Part shown: positions 17,026-27,197 of the stretch, piece after piece
Numbering within the stretch: the first letter of the stretch is position 1
Layout: every line of letters begins with the position of its first letter
Translations under genes and position numbers: made by a program
NCBI RefSeq assembly: GCF_016592615.1
Contig: NZ_AP013043.1
Span: 1,050,001-1,082,000, forward strand
DNA from: Isorropodon fossajaponicum endosymbiont JTNG4
GTDB taxonomy: Bacteria > Pseudomonadota > Gammaproteobacteria > PS1 > Pseudothioglobaceae
Reading direction: 5' to 3'
Length of the DNA: 32,000 bases
The notes under the pieces: generated by a model
What the model was told of the DNA's origin: nothing
What the model saw: only the letters and a program-made list of their open reading frames with translations
Database searches by the model: none

Positions 17026-18096
17026 TTATTCAATTTGGCTTAATTCCTCTAAATTCCATCTGGGTTTGATGTCAATTTCATAGTGGGTGTCACGCTGTCC
17101 ATGGCTTAAACGAAAATGCCCAACTAGGGCTATCATAGCACCGTTGTCAGTACAAAATTCTTGCCTTGGGTAAAAGACATTTGCGCCTACTTTTTTACCC
17201 ATTTGATTAAGCTCTTTACGTAAAGATAAATTTGCACTAACTCCGCCTGCAACCACAAGTGTTGTGTATTTAGTTTGTTCTAACGCCCTTCTGCATTTAA
17301 TCATGAGCGTTTGTGCAGCAGCCACTTCAAATGCTTTAGCAATGTCTGCTTTTTTGTTAGGATGTTTAGCAAAAGTATTACGTGCAAACGTTTTAAGGCC
17401 ACTAAAACTAAAATCAAGACCGGGACGGTCAACCATAGGGCGTGGAAACTTAAACGCATCAGGGTTGCCTTGCTCGGCAAGCATCGCTAAAGCAGGACCG
17501 CCAGGATAACCTAAGCCCAAAATCTTTGCTGTTTTATCAAATGCCTCGCCCACCGCATCATCTAAAGACTCGCCCAAAATTTTGTATTGACCAATGGCTT
17601 TAACATCAATCAGCATGGTGTGACCACCTGAAACCAGCAAAGCCACAAAGGGAAATTCGGGCTGAGGCTCTTCCATCAAAGGGGCCAACAAATGCCCCTC
17701 CATATGGTGTACAGCTAAAGACGGAATATCCAAACTCCAAGCCAAAGATTTAGCCACTGCAGCCCCTACCAAAAGTGCACCTGCCAAACCGGGTCCAGCT
17801 GTATAAGCAATACCACTTAAATCTTGTAGAGTAAATTTTGCCTCTGCTAAAACTACTTTAATTAAAGGCAACACCCTTTGGATATGATCACGTGATGCTA
17901 ATTCAGGAACCACACCACCATATTCAGCGTGAATTTTAACAGATGAAAATAATTGATGCCCAATAAGACCAAATTCAGAATGGTACAAGCCAATGCCCGT
18001 CTCATCACAAGAACTTTCTATGCCTAACGTAATGAAACCAAATTGGGTAGCCTGTTGCTCCTGATGATTATGCATTGTAGAGACAGAACTAGTCAT
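17026..18096 (-). CDS. tsaD: tRNA N6-adenosine threonylcarbamoyltransferase TsaD (Kae1/Gcp)
   Basis: Collinear match to TsaD as recalled: [81 protein letters not shown]. The N-terminal 20 aa are an extension, so the true start may be ATG 18075. Confidence 0.93.
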   Translation of the reverse strand: MTSSVSTMHNHQEQQATQFGFITLGIESSCDETGIGLYHSEFGLIGHQLFSSVKIHAEYGGVVPELASRDHIQRVLPLIKVVLAEAKFTLQDLSGIAYTAGPGLAGALLVGAAVAKSLAWSLDIPSLAVHHMEGHLLAPLMEEPQPEFPFVALLVSGGHTMLIDVKAIGQYKILGESLDDAVGEAFDKTAKILGLGYPGGPALAMLAEQGNPDAFKFPRPMVDRPGLDFSFSGLKTFARNTFAKHPNKKADIAKAFEVAAAQTLMIKCRRALEQTKYTTLVVAGGVSANLSLRKELNQMGKKVGANVFYPRQEFCTDNGAMIALVGHFRLSHGQRDTHYEIDIKPRWNLEELSQIE

Positions 18097-18814
18097 ACTC
18101 GCCTAAATAAACCTCGCGAACTTTTTCATTGTAAAGAATTTGCTCTTTATTACCTTGTGCAATAATCGCACCATTATGCAGCACATAAGAGTGGTCACAA
18201 GTATCCAGCATTTCACGATAATTATGATCCGTAATTAAGATGCCAATACCTTTGTCTTTTAAGTGGTAAATAATTTTTTGAATATCCCCAACAGAAATTG
18301 GATCAACACCTGCAAATGGCTCATCAAGTAGTACAAATTTTGGATTCGTTGCCAGTGCTCTAGCAATTTCTACTCTTCTTCTTTCACCGCCAGACAGACT
18401 AATACCCTTAATATGGCGAATATGTCCAATACTAAATTCTGCCAATAACTCTTCTAACCGATGAACTCTTTGCTTTTTATCAAGACTAGAGTTTAACTCC
18501 AACACTGCCATAATGTTGTTTTCCGCTGAAAGCTTGCGAAAAATAGAAGGCTCTTGGGGTAAATAACCAAGCCCTAAATCAGCACGTTTGTGCATGGGCA
18601 AATGGTCAATTCTTTTTTTGTTTAAAGATACTTTGCCTGAATTTGCTCTAACCAAACCACAAGCAATATAAAAACAAGTGGTTTTCCCCGCGCCATTTGG
18701 ACCTAACAATCCAACCACCTCGCCACCTTGTACAAAAAATGAAACATCGTTAACCACATCCCTACCTGCGTAAGATTTACTAATATTTTGTATGCTTAGA
18801 GCGTTACTAGACAT
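18089..18814 (-). CDS. lptB: LPS export ABC transporter ATP-binding protein LptB
   Basis: Walker [10 protein letters not shown], signature [15 protein letters not shown], Walker [13 protein letters not shown]. The 241-aa length and the C-terminal ..VREVYLGE motif are typical of LptB. Confidence 0.9.
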   Translation of the reverse strand: MSSNALSIQNISKSYAGRDVVNDVSFFVQGGEVVGLLGPNGAGKTTCFYIACGLVRANSGKVSLNKKRIDHLPMHKRADLGLGYLPQEPSIFRKLSAENNIMAVLELNSSLDKKQRVHRLEELLAEFSIGHIRHIKGISLSGGERRRVEIARALATNPKFVLLDEPFAGVDPISVGDIQKIIYHLKDKGIGILITDHNYREMLDTCDHSYVLHNGAIIAQGNKEQILYNEKVREVYLGEYD

Positions 18815-18864
18815 AGTGATTGATATTGATTATAATTAACGATTTTAACAGTTAACCAGCTATT

Positions 18865-19282
18865 ATGTTTAATACTAAAAAACCCGAACCAAATAACAAT
18901 CAAGAACAAACAAGTGTTAGCACACAAAGAACTGTTGTTAGTGCCGAACAAAAAACCCAATCTAAGACAATCATATCTAAAGGATATCATATTAAAGGCG
19001 ATGTGTCTGGTGTGGCGATGATATGAGTATCTTTGGAAAGATTGAAGGCACAATAACCCTAAAAACAACTCAGTTACAATTGAAAAATTAGCTAAAATTA
19101 ACGCAGATGTGTTTGCTAAAATTGTTAATGTTGAAGCAAGTGAAAAAATTGTCATTACTGACAGTGGTAACGTTACTGGCGATATGAGTGCGCCAAAAGT
19201 TATTCTAAAAGACGGCTCTTACTTTAAAAAGCATTGTTTCAATGACAGACACCAAAGTAAACACCACGCCAATCAACACTAA
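18865..19282 (+). pseudogene. Bactofilin (CcmA-like) gene with two frameshifts
   Basis: No single ORF exists, but three consecutive frames read as a bactofilin. Frame 1 (18865-19026): MFNTKK...TIISKGYHIKGDVSG. Frame 0 (about 19011-19091): GDDMSIFGKIEGTITLK. Frame 2 (about 19067-19282): SVTIEKLAKINADVFAKIVNVEASEKIVITDSGNVTGDMSAPKVILKDGSYFK... This is the repetitive beta-helix pattern of bactofilins. The 119-aa ORF called on the opposite strand is a shadow. Confidence 0.65.
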
Positions 19283-20031
19283 CAAAGATGTAAAAACTCA
19301 GATGAATAAATCGGTTTAACACCGCATTGAGTTTCAACCAACAAAACGCCTTGGTGATTGACCCCAAGGCAAGTACCGCTAAATAACTGTGCTTTGCTTG
19401 TATGCTTAACTTGCTTACCTAGTAAATAATCTACTTTTGCCCACTTAGCGTAAAACTTATCAAAACCACTTGATTCAAAAATATCAAAATATTCTAAAAT
19501 TTTGTTAATTAAATTTTTACTCAAATTGAGCTTATCAATCGGCGTTAAAATTATTTGTTTCAAATCTATCCAAGGTGTTTCGCACTGAAAATTTTGATTA
19601 AAATCAACATTCAGCCCCAAACCAATAATGACTGATTGATAATCACCTTGTAGTGAATTCTCAATCAAAATACCTGCCAATTTCTTACCTTTAAAATAAA
19701 CATCATTTGGCCATTTGAGTTTCAAACCAGAGATACCGTATTTTTCTAACACATCAACCAATACCAAACCAACCACCAAACTTAGCCCGTTCAATGCAAT
19801 ATTACTAGGAAAAACATAGCGAATTGATAAAATAATGCTTGTGTCTTTCTGACTCAGCCATTTTCTATCGTATTGACCCTTGCCGCGCGTTTGTTCAGAA
19901 GTAATGCAAACTTGGGTTTTTGTGCAAAAGGCTAACTGCGCTAGATAGTCATTGGTGCTGGGTATTGAATCAAAAGCAAAGCACTCAATATCATCACTCA
20001 AATAATTAGCTAGATTAGAATAATTAACCAT
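19279..20031 (-). CDS. birA: Biotin--[acetyl-CoA-carboxylase] ligase BirA (class I, no HTH)
   Basis: TRGKGQYDRKWLS (the GRGRxGRxW motif), KWPNDVY..GKKLAGILIE and a C-terminal SH3-like tail. The start is taken at the internal ATG (20029-20031). The ORF extends to a GTG at 20061. Confidence 0.85.
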   Translation of the reverse strand: MVNYSNLANYLSDDIECFAFDSIPSTNDYLAQLAFCTKTQVCITSEQTRGKGQYDRKWLSQKDTSIILSIRYVFPSNIALNGLSLVVGLVLVDVLEKYGISGLKLKWPNDVYFKGKKLAGILIENSLQGDYQSVIIGLGLNVDFNQNFQCETPWIDLKQIILTPIDKLNLSKNLINKILEYFDIFESSGFDKFYAKWAKVDYLLGKQVKHTSKAQLFSGTCLGVNHQGVLLVETQCGVKPIYSSEFLHLC

Positions 20032-20366
20032 GATATAATAAGTAACATTAATGACAACCACACCGCTGCAGAGCCCATATCCTTTGCAGCGCCCGATAAT
20101 ACGTGATATTCATCACTGATTCTATCAACCATTGATTCAATGGCTGAGTTTAAAACTTCAACAATTAAAACCAAAAATATAGGCACAATTAATAACACCC
20201 TATCAACGGACGCCCCCCCCAACCAAAATGCCAAAGGAATTAACACAGCACTTAACCACAGCTCTTGCCTAAAAGCTGCTTCAGATTGATAGCAAAACTT
20301 TAATCCCTTCATAGAAAAGACAAAAGCATTGATAATTCTGCCCAACCCTGTTCGTTCATTTTTCAT
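20010..20366 (-). CDS. dgkA: Diacylglycerol kinase DgkA
   Basis: 118 aa with 3 TM segments and motifs AAFRQEL, EVLNSAIE..VDRI and AKDMGSAAV. Confidence 0.9.
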   Translation of the reverse strand: MKNERTGLGRIINAFVFSMKGLKFCYQSEAAFRQELWLSAVLIPLAFWLGGASVDRVLLIVPIFLVLIVEVLNSAIESMVDRISDEYHVLSGAAKDMGSAAVWLSLMLLIISWLIILI

Positions 20367-20431
20367 ATAAACTCATTTAAATAGTTAAAATAGTTAAAAT
20401 AGTTGACTTAATTTTACCCAAAAGTTGAATC

Positions 20432-21175
20432 ATGAAAATAGCATTAGGTGTTGCATACTTAGGCACAAACTTCCACGGCTGGCAGTGTCAAAAACCTAAC
20501 ATTCGCACTGTGCAGCAAGTGGTTGAACAAGCCCTATCAAGCGTTGCCAATCACCCTGTTAAGGTGTTTTGTTCTGGTAGAACCGATGCAGGCGTGCATG
20601 CCACTTGCCAAGTTATTCATTTTGAAACCAACATTAAACGTGAAAATAAGGCTTGGCTATTTGGTGGCAATGTTAACCTACCAAGCGATGTTAATTTCAC
20701 TTGGGCAAAACACGTTGATGATAATTTCCACGCACGATTTAGTGCCACTGCTAGACAATACAACTACAAAATACACAACACAAAAATTCGCTGCGCCATC
20801 ATAACAGCCCATTCATTATGGGAGTCAAGAAAGCTGGACATAATGGCAATGGACAAAGCCAGCAAATATTTGATTGGTGAACATGACTTTTCAGCCTTCC
20901 GAGGAAGTTTGTGTCAAGCAAAATCCTCCATTAAAACCATTGAATTTATAAAACTAACCAAGTGTGATGACAACATTTTACTAGACATAAAGTCCAGCGC
21001 CTTTTTACACCACATGGTGCGCAATATTGTTGGTACACTGCTCAAAGTAGGCAAAGGCGAAAAACCTATTGAATGGGTCAAGGAGGTGCTGGATAGTAAG
21101 CAACGCCAGCAAGCTGGCCCCACCGCCCCACCCCAAGGGCTTTATTTTATTAAAACTTTTTACCCTAATTTATAA
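20432..21175 (+). CDS. truA: tRNA pseudouridine(38-40) synthase TruA
   Basis: YLGTNFHGWQ.Q, GRTDAGVHA (catalytic Asp), FLHHMVRNIVG; 247 aa. Confidence 0.92.
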   Translation: MKIALGVAYLGTNFHGWQCQKPNIRTVQQVVEQALSSVANHPVKVFCSGRTDAGVHATCQVIHFETNIKRENKAWLFGGNVNLPSDVNFTWAKHVDDNFHARFSATARQYNYKIHNTKIRCAIITAHSLWESRKLDIMAMDKASKYLIGEHDFSAFRGSLCQAKSSIKTIEFIKLTKCDDNILLDIKSSAFLHHMVRNIVGTLLKVGKGEKPIEWVKEVLDSKQRQQAGPTAPPQGLYFIKTFYPNL

Positions 21176-21176
21176 A

Positions 21177-23453
21177 TCAATTTTTTCGGAGTTGTTGGCT
21201 GGCCAGTACCATATTAGTCAATGCAAGATTTACCTCATCCCAATGTCTAGTTTTTAAACCACAATCAGGATTGACCCATAGCCTTTTAGAAGGAATGTGC
21301 TTGGTCGCTTTTTGCATGAGTTCAACCATAGAATCAACCGAAGGGATGTTAGGAGAGTGAATATCATAAACACCTGGGCCTATTCCATTAGAATAATCAA
21401 ACTTATCGAATATATCCAATAATTCCATGTCCGAGCGAGAGGTTTCAATAGTGATGACATCAGCATCCATCCGTGCAATTGCCTCAATAATATCATTAAA
21501 TTTTGAATAGCACATATGGGTGTGGATTTGGGTTTCATCACTCACGCCATTAGCACTAATTCGATAAGCCTTAATTGCCCAATCAAGATAAGTTTGCCAC
21601 TGAGATTTTCGCAGTGGCAAACCCTCTCTTAATGCCGCCTCATCAATTTGGATAATATCTATATTAGACTTTTCAAGGTCTAATACCTCATCTCTAATAG
21701 CCAAAGATAACTGTAGGCATGTTGTTGCTCTTGGCTGGTCATCTCGCACAAATGACCAATTAAGCATCGTAACAGGACCTGTAAGCATACCTTTCATGGG
21801 TTTATTAGTGAGTGATTGGGCGTAAGTTATCCAATCTAGTGTCATGGGATTTGGACGAGAAATATCACCAAAAATAATCGGCGGCTTAACACAACGAGAA
21901 CCATAAGATTGCACCCAGCCAAATTGGCTAAATGCGTAGCCGCTGAGTTGTTGCCCAAAATATTCCACCATATCGTTACGCTCAAGCTCACCATGCACCA
22001 AAACATCCAAACCTAAATCTTCTTGCACTTGCACACAGTGCCTAATTTCAGAACGTATCGCTTGCGTATATTTTTCTGCTGATAATTTGCCCAATTTATA
22101 ATCGCGTCTGGCTTGTCTAATCTCTAGCGTTTGTGGAAATGAACCAATGGTCGTGGTTGGGTATAAAGGCAGATTAAATTTTTCACTTTGTACTTTTGCC
22201 CTGCTCTTATAATTAGACTGGCGATTGCCCAGTTTATCATTCACTTTAGCAATACGCTCTTTAACGGCGCTATTATGTACAAGTGATGAATATTTTCTGG
22301 CATTAATGGCATTAATATTGCTCGCTATTTCTTTAGTTACACTTGCTTGCCCTTGATTAAGTGCTTGTGCTAATAATCTTAACTCTTCTAATTTTTGCAC
22401 AGCAAACCCAAGCCATGATTTAATGTCTCCGTCTAGTTCTTGCTCGCTGTCTAAATCCACAGGTACATGCAATAGTGAACAAGACGGGGCTAACCACAGT
22501 CTATCTTGTAATTGTTGGTGAATGGGCTTTAACCACAACAAGGTTGCACTTAGATCTGTTTTCCAAATATTACGACCATTCACCACACCTAAGGATAAAA
22601 TCTTGTCATCTGACAGACTGTCAATCACTAATTGAACCTCATCTTTTGCATTGATCGCATCAATATGCAAGCCATCAATAGGCAAGCTACAAGCAAGGCT
22701 TAAATTATCCTGCAAAGTGCCAAAATAGCTAGCAAGTAGTAATTTAATTGATTTGTTCGCTAATGTGTCGTAAGCTTTCCTAAACGCCACTTGCCAATCT
22801 GTTTCCAATTCTGTGACTAAAATAGGTTCATCAACTTGTATCCACCCTATACCTAACTTTACCAATTCATCAAACAGTTGCACATATACTTTAACCAGTG
22901 AATCCAATAAATCCAGTTTGTTGGTTTTATCTTTGGACTTGCCTAGCCATAAATAAGTAACTGGACCAATAATAACAGGTTTGGTCTTAACGCCTTGTTG
23001 TTGTGCTTCGGTAATTTGTGCAATCAAATGCCGAGCCTGGAGTTCAAAATTTGTTTCTTGACTAAATTCTGGCACAATGTAGTGATAATTGGTATCAAAC
23101 CATTTTGTCATCTCGCCTGCTTGAATACAAGTGCAATCGGATTCATTAGCAAAGGCTCGCCCACGTGCTACTCGAAAATAATTATCTAACTCATTGTCTG
23201 ATAAATTTTTAGCGCGTTTTGGAACATTGCCTAATAAAAAACTCATGTCCAAAACCTGATCATAAAAAGAAAAATCGCCCACAGGCACTAAATCTAATTT
23301 ATTTTGATTTTGCCAGTGCTGCTTGCGTAATGTATCAGCAGTTTGCAATAATTCATCTTGAGAAATAGCGTTTGACCAATATTTTTCTAATACAAATTTT
23401 AACTCTCGATGTTTACCAATACGTGGAAAACCCAGATTGTGTGTTGTGACCAT
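21177..23453 (-). CDS. metE: Cobalamin-independent methionine synthase (5-methyltetrahydropteroyltriglutamate--homocysteine S-methyltransferase) MetE
   Basis: 758 aa with N-terminal [13 protein letters not shown], then [10 protein letters not shown] and the Zn-site region HMCYS...NPDCGLKTR. Divergent to a LysR regulator, the classic metE-metR layout. Confidence 0.95.
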   Translation of the reverse strand: MVTTHNLGFPRIGKHRELKFVLEKYWSNAISQDELLQTADTLRKQHWQNQNKLDLVPVGDFSFYDQVLDMSFLLGNVPKRAKNLSDNELDNYFRVARGRAFANESDCTCIQAGEMTKWFDTNYHYIVPEFSQETNFELQARHLIAQITEAQQQGVKTKPVIIGPVTYLWLGKSKDKTNKLDLLDSLVKVYVQLFDELVKLGIGWIQVDEPILVTELETDWQVAFRKAYDTLANKSIKLLLASYFGTLQDNLSLACSLPIDGLHIDAINAKDEVQLVIDSLSDDKILSLGVVNGRNIWKTDLSATLLWLKPIHQQLQDRLWLAPSCSLLHVPVDLDSEQELDGDIKSWLGFAVQKLEELRLLAQALNQGQASVTKEIASNINAINARKYSSLVHNSAVKERIAKVNDKLGNRQSNYKSRAKVQSEKFNLPLYPTTTIGSFPQTLEIRQARRDYKLGKLSAEKYTQAIRSEIRHCVQVQEDLGLDVLVHGELERNDMVEYFGQQLSGYAFSQFGWVQSYGSRCVKPPIIFGDISRPNPMTLDWITYAQSLTNKPMKGMLTGPVTMLNWSFVRDDQPRATTCLQLSLAIRDEVLDLEKSNIDIIQIDEAALREGLPLRKSQWQTYLDWAIKAYRISANGVSDETQIHTHMCYSKFNDIIEAIARMDADVITIETSRSDMELLDIFDKFDYSNGIGPGVYDIHSPNIPSVDSMVELMQKATKHIPSKRLWVNPDCGLKTRHWDEVNLALTNMVLASQQLRKN

Positions 23454-23532
23454 AATAGTTCCTTAATGTTGGAAATCGACTATTCTATAAGGGCTATAAT
23501 ATGAAGTAAAATGATTATTTTTAACCTAATGA

Positions 23533-23545
23533 TGAACTATATTCA
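23533..23545. promoter_or_regulatory. Candidate MetR box TGAACTATATTCA in the metE-metR intergenic region
   Basis: Exact fit to the enterobacterial MetR consensus TGAA-N5-TTCA, with A at the central position. It lies in the 95-bp divergent intergenic region, 4 nt upstream of the metR ATG. Confidence 0.4.
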
Positions 23546-23548
23546 TAT

Positions 23549-24442
23549 ATGATAACGCTTAAACATTTGAAAATCATACAAGCATTACATGAAAATAGCA
23601 CTTTAACACGCGCTGCAAATGTGTTGTATTTGAGTCAATCTGCTTTATCCCACCAAATTCGTTACTTGGAGGAAAAACTAGGCATTGCGCTTTGGGAGCG
23701 AGAAGGTAGAAATTTACGCCTTACAAAAGCAGGTGAATTGCTATTACAAACTGCACAACAATTATTACCCATTTTAGAACAAACTGAGAAAACCCTTAAA
23801 GCCTATGCACAAGGTCACCAAGGTATTTTGCGCATAGGCGTTGAATACTATCCTTGCTATGAATGGCTAACAAAGGTCATTGGTGTGTTTTTGCAAGAAA
23901 TACCTAATGTTGAAGTAGAAATTATCAACAAATTTCAATTTTCTGGGCACGAAGGACTGCTCAATTACCATATTGATATTTTAATTACACCTGATATAGA
24001 GAAAAAAGCAGACATTCATATTGAAACACTCGCCCAATATAATTTGGTACTTTTAGTTGCTGATGAGCACCTATTAGCGCATAAAACAATAATTACACCA
24101 AAAGACTTAACTCATGAAACTTTACTAACTTTTCCTGTGCCATTAGAACGACTTGACATTTTGACGCAATTTTTAAACCCAGCGCACACCAAGCCCAAAC
24201 ATATTAAAAAAATCGAATCTATTGAGCTCATGCTACAAATGACAGTACTTGGACGTGGCGTTTGTGTATTGCCAGAATGGCTGGCAGATGAGTTTATTAA
24301 AAAAATGCTTGTTAAAAAAATCCGCATAAGTGCCAATGGACTTAGTCAAAAATTATTTGCAATTTTACGCAAACAAGACAGAGAAATTAATTATGTTCAA
24401 CGCTTTGTTAAAATTAGCAAGAGAATAGTCAATACCACATAA
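23549..24442 (+). CDS. metR: LysR-family transcriptional activator MetR
   Basis: N-terminal wHTH (LKIIQALHENSTLTRAANVLYLSQSALSHQIRYLEEKLG) plus a LysR substrate-binding domain. Divergently adjacent to metE. Confidence 0.8.
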   Translation: MITLKHLKIIQALHENSTLTRAANVLYLSQSALSHQIRYLEEKLGIALWEREGRNLRLTKAGELLLQTAQQLLPILEQTEKTLKAYAQGHQGILRIGVEYYPCYEWLTKVIGVFLQEIPNVEVEIINKFQFSGHEGLLNYHIDILITPDIEKKADIHIETLAQYNLVLLVADEHLLAHKTIITPKDLTHETLLTFPVPLERLDILTQFLNPAHTKPKHIKKIESIELMLQMTVLGRGVCVLPEWLADEFIKKMLVKKIRISANGLSQKLFAILRKQDREINYVQRFVKISKRIVNTT

Positions 24443-24494
24443 AAGTTACTCAGTCTAAAAACAGATGTTTTAATCAGTAAAGCTTGTTAGCGAT

Positions 24495-24523
24495 GATTAG
24501 CAATGTTGTGATTATGGTATAAT
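24495..24523 (+). promoter_or_regulatory. Possible sigma70 promoter with extended -10 (TGgTATAAT) upstream of the permease gene
   Basis: TATAAT at 24518-24523 is preceded by TG at 24515-24516, 18 nt before the ATG at 24541. The -35 is poor (TTAGCA/GATTAG). Confidence 0.3.
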
Positions 24524-24540
24524 TTTGCCTACTGTTTTTT

Positions 24541-26505
24541 ATGCTTGATAAAATCAAAACCATGTTCAATAAAAAAAATATTTCAGCAATTATTTTTGCT
24601 ATTTTTGCCGTGTGGCTTTCAACAACTGCACCAACTATCCCTATTGCTTGGATGTTAGGTATTCTTGTATTAACAATTTACTTGTTTGCTTTTGAAGTGC
24701 TAGAGGTTGACGAGGCTGCCATCACTATTATGATTATTCTAGGGCTAAGTTCTTTGCCGTGGATTCATACTTTGATGGGGCTAGAAGAAGGTTTGGTTGA
24801 TAATCAAAGACTGTTTGATGGATTCTCCTCTAATGCGGTTATGTCAATTATTGCGGTGATGATTATTGGCGCAGGTTTAGATAAAACAGGGTTAATGGGC
24901 AAAGTTGCTACTTTTATTCTTAAAGTAGGTGGCACCTCTGAGTCAAGAGTGATTCCAATTATTTCTTCTACCGTTGGATTTATTTCATCCTTTATGCAAA
25001 ATGTAGGTGCAGCTGCACTGTTTATCCCTGTTGTGAGTCGCATTTCATCACGCTCAGGCATTCCAATGTCGCGACTGCTCATGCCAATGGGCTTTACGGC
25101 AATTTTAGGTGGCACAATAACCATGGTAGGTTCTAGCCCTTTAATCTTACTCAATGATTTAATTTTAGCCACTAATCAGGGACTAGAAGTTGGTCAACAA
25201 ATGGACACATGGGGGTTATTTTCCGTAACACCGATAGGTATTGCACTGGTCATAACAGGCATTATATATTTCGTGATTGCTGGAAGATTTGTCTTACCTA
25301 CAACCAAAAAGGAACAGCCAGAATCTGTGTCTGCCATTGAGCATTTTCATCAAGTTTACAATATAAATTATGATTTATTTGAGGTCAATGTCCTTAAAGA
25401 CTCCAACCTGATTGGCATGACGCTTGATGATATTGAAACGGCTGCTAAAATTAGAATCGTCGCCATACAAACCATTGAGGGAGAAACATTTATTGGGCAT
25501 CACTCAGTTGAGCGTAGCACCACAATTAAACCGCAAATGACCTTAGGCGTGTTGACAACAAAAGAACATTTGGATGCTTTTGTTCAAGGCTTTCATCTTG
25601 AACTGTCAGACACTATTGAAAAATTCTCTAACTTACTGTCTACGCAAGAATGTGGTACAGCAGAAATTGTTATTCCACCTAACTCTTCACTAATTAACCA
25701 AAGTGCTAGAGATGTATGGTTACGCAAAACTTATGGCATTGCTATGGTCGCCCTACATCGTGGCGGTGAAACCATGCAAGAAGGCGAAGGTATTCGCAAC
25801 ATACCTTTTCAATCAGGCGACACCTTAATTGTCCATACACGCTGGATTGACCTTGATAGACTACAATCCAATACTGACTTTATTGTCATCACCTCTGAAT
25901 ACCCAAGACAAGAAGAATACCGACCTGAAAAAATCAAATGGGCAAGTATTTTCTTTGCAATTGCACTTTTCCTAGTATTGTTTACCGATATTAAACTCTC
26001 CATTGCGCTTATGACTGGTGCTTTGGGTATGATTTTGTCTGGCGTTATTAAAATAGAAGAAGCCTATCGTGCGGTTTCTTGGAAAACAGTATTCTTATTA
26101 GCAAGTCTTATTCCACTAGGCATGGCAGTCTCAAAAACTGGCACTGCCTTATGGATTGCACAAGAAACGGTTAAAGTGGTTGGCGATATGGCGCCTTGGG
26201 TGATACTGACCTCAATTGTGATATTGGCAACTTTCTTTACTTTGGTAATGTCCAATGTAGGCGCGACTATTCTCTTAGTGCCTATTGCTGTTAATATTGC
26301 CATCCAAGTAGGAGAAGACCCTGCAGTTTATGCATTGGCAGTCGCCATTGCAACTTCAAACTCATTTTTAATTCCCACCCATCAAGTAAATGCTTTAATT
26401 ATGAGCCCTGGTGGCTATAAAGTAGCAGATTTTATTAAAGCAGGTGGTTTTATGACAGTGCTGTTCATCATCGTTATGATGTCAATGATGAACATTATCT
26501 TTTAA
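24541..26505 (+). CDS. SLC13/DASS-family anion permease with two central TrkA-C (RCK_C) domains
   Basis: 654 aa. N- and C-terminal polytopic halves flank a soluble region of about 200 aa with two RCK_C-like repeats (FEVNVLKDSNLIGMTLDDIE..IRIVAIQ and AEIVIPPNSSLINQSARDVWLRKTYGIAMVALHRGGE). Confidence 0.75.
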   Translation: MLDKIKTMFNKKNISAIIFAIFAVWLSTTAPTIPIAWMLGILVLTIYLFAFEVLEVDEAAITIMIILGLSSLPWIHTLMGLEEGLVDNQRLFDGFSSNAVMSIIAVMIIGAGLDKTGLMGKVATFILKVGGTSESRVIPIISSTVGFISSFMQNVGAAALFIPVVSRISSRSGIPMSRLLMPMGFTAILGGTITMVGSSPLILLNDLILATNQGLEVGQQMDTWGLFSVTPIGIALVITGIIYFVIAGRFVLPTTKKEQPESVSAIEHFHQVYNINYDLFEVNVLKDSNLIGMTLDDIETAAKIRIVAIQTIEGETFIGHHSVERSTTIKPQMTLGVLTTKEHLDAFVQGFHLELSDTIEKFSNLLSTQECGTAEIVIPPNSSLINQSARDVWLRKTYGIAMVALHRGGETMQEGEGIRNIPFQSGDTLIVHTRWIDLDRLQSNTDFIVITSEYPRQEEYRPEKIKWASIFFAIALFLVLFTDIKLSIALMTGALGMILSGVIKIEEAYRAVSWKTVFLLASLIPLGMAVSKTGTALWIAQETVKVVGDMAPWVILTSIVILATFFTLVMSNVGATILLVPIAVNIAIQVGEDPAVYALAVAIATSNSFLIPTHQVNALIMSPGGYKVADFIKAGGFMTVLFIIVMMSMMNIIF

Positions 26506-26559
26506 AATAGCTTTAGTGTCTTTGACTATTTTCCACAAGGATAAATCGTTTTTAACCAC

Positions 26560-27165
26560 ATGAAACATTTAAATTCAGCGCAAGCAAAAAAAAGATTGGT
26601 TGATGGTAATCAACGCTTTGTTGATGGCACTGCATTACATCATGAATTTCATCCACATAGACATACCAAGGACATACAGGATCAAGCGCCTTTTGCGATT
26701 GTATTAGGTTGTTCTGATTCGCGAGTGCCCATTGAGACTATCTTTGATCAAAGTTTTGGCGACTTGTTTATTATCCGCATTGCAGGAAATATAGTTGCCC
26801 TATCACAAATGGGTAGTGTTGAGTTTGCAATCTCGAAATTTAAGACTTCCTTGATTGTGGTATTAGGACATTCTAACTGTGGAGCTATTAGTGCTACCAT
26901 TGATGAGTGTATCAATAAAACAAACTTATCAGGCAGCCTTCACTCTATTACTGATAGGATAAAACCATCAATCCTACCCCTGATCAACCTAAATTTACCA
27001 AACCATGAGTTAATGGACAAGGCTGTTGAAGTCAATATTATTAATTCTGTCAAACAATTACAAAGCCAATCGCCAATCATTAAAGAAGCCATCGACAATA
27101 ATAAACTAGCGGTTATAGGCGCTAACTACTCTTTAAAATCAGGCGCAGTTCAGTTTTTGGCTTAA
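26560..27165 (+). CDS. Beta-class carbonic anhydrase
   Basis: LVDGNQRF, CSDSRVP (Zn Cys plus the Asp-Arg dyad) and GHSNCGA (Zn His/Cys); 201 aa. Confidence 0.88.
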   Translation: MKHLNSAQAKKRLVDGNQRFVDGTALHHEFHPHRHTKDIQDQAPFAIVLGCSDSRVPIETIFDQSFGDLFIIRIAGNIVALSQMGSVEFAISKFKTSLIVVLGHSNCGAISATIDECINKTNLSGSLHSITDRIKPSILPLINLNLPNHELMDKAVEVNIINSVKQLQSQSPIIKEAIDNNKLAVIGANYSLKSGAVQFLA

Positions 27166-27197
27166 CTTTTTTGGGCTTTTAGATTGAGTCAATTTAT

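Noticed and set aside
16969-17042. Small ORF/hairpin region (GCATCAA-N6-TTGATGC) between the bfr remnant and the tsaD 3' end
   Set aside because: The stem is 7 bp without a T-tract on either strand. The 24-codon ORF has no recognisable similarity and overlaps the tsaD stop. This is insufficient for a terminator or gene call.
18796-19155. 119-aa minus-strand ORF between lptB and birA
   Set aside because: It has no recognisable family, starts inside lptB and is of low complexity. It lies antisense to a three-frame-readable bactofilin pseudogene, which explains the region better.
23454-23548. Cobalamin or SAM riboswitch upstream of metE
   Set aside because: The intergenic region is only 95 bp and AT-rich, with no room for or signature of a B12 box or SAM-I fold.
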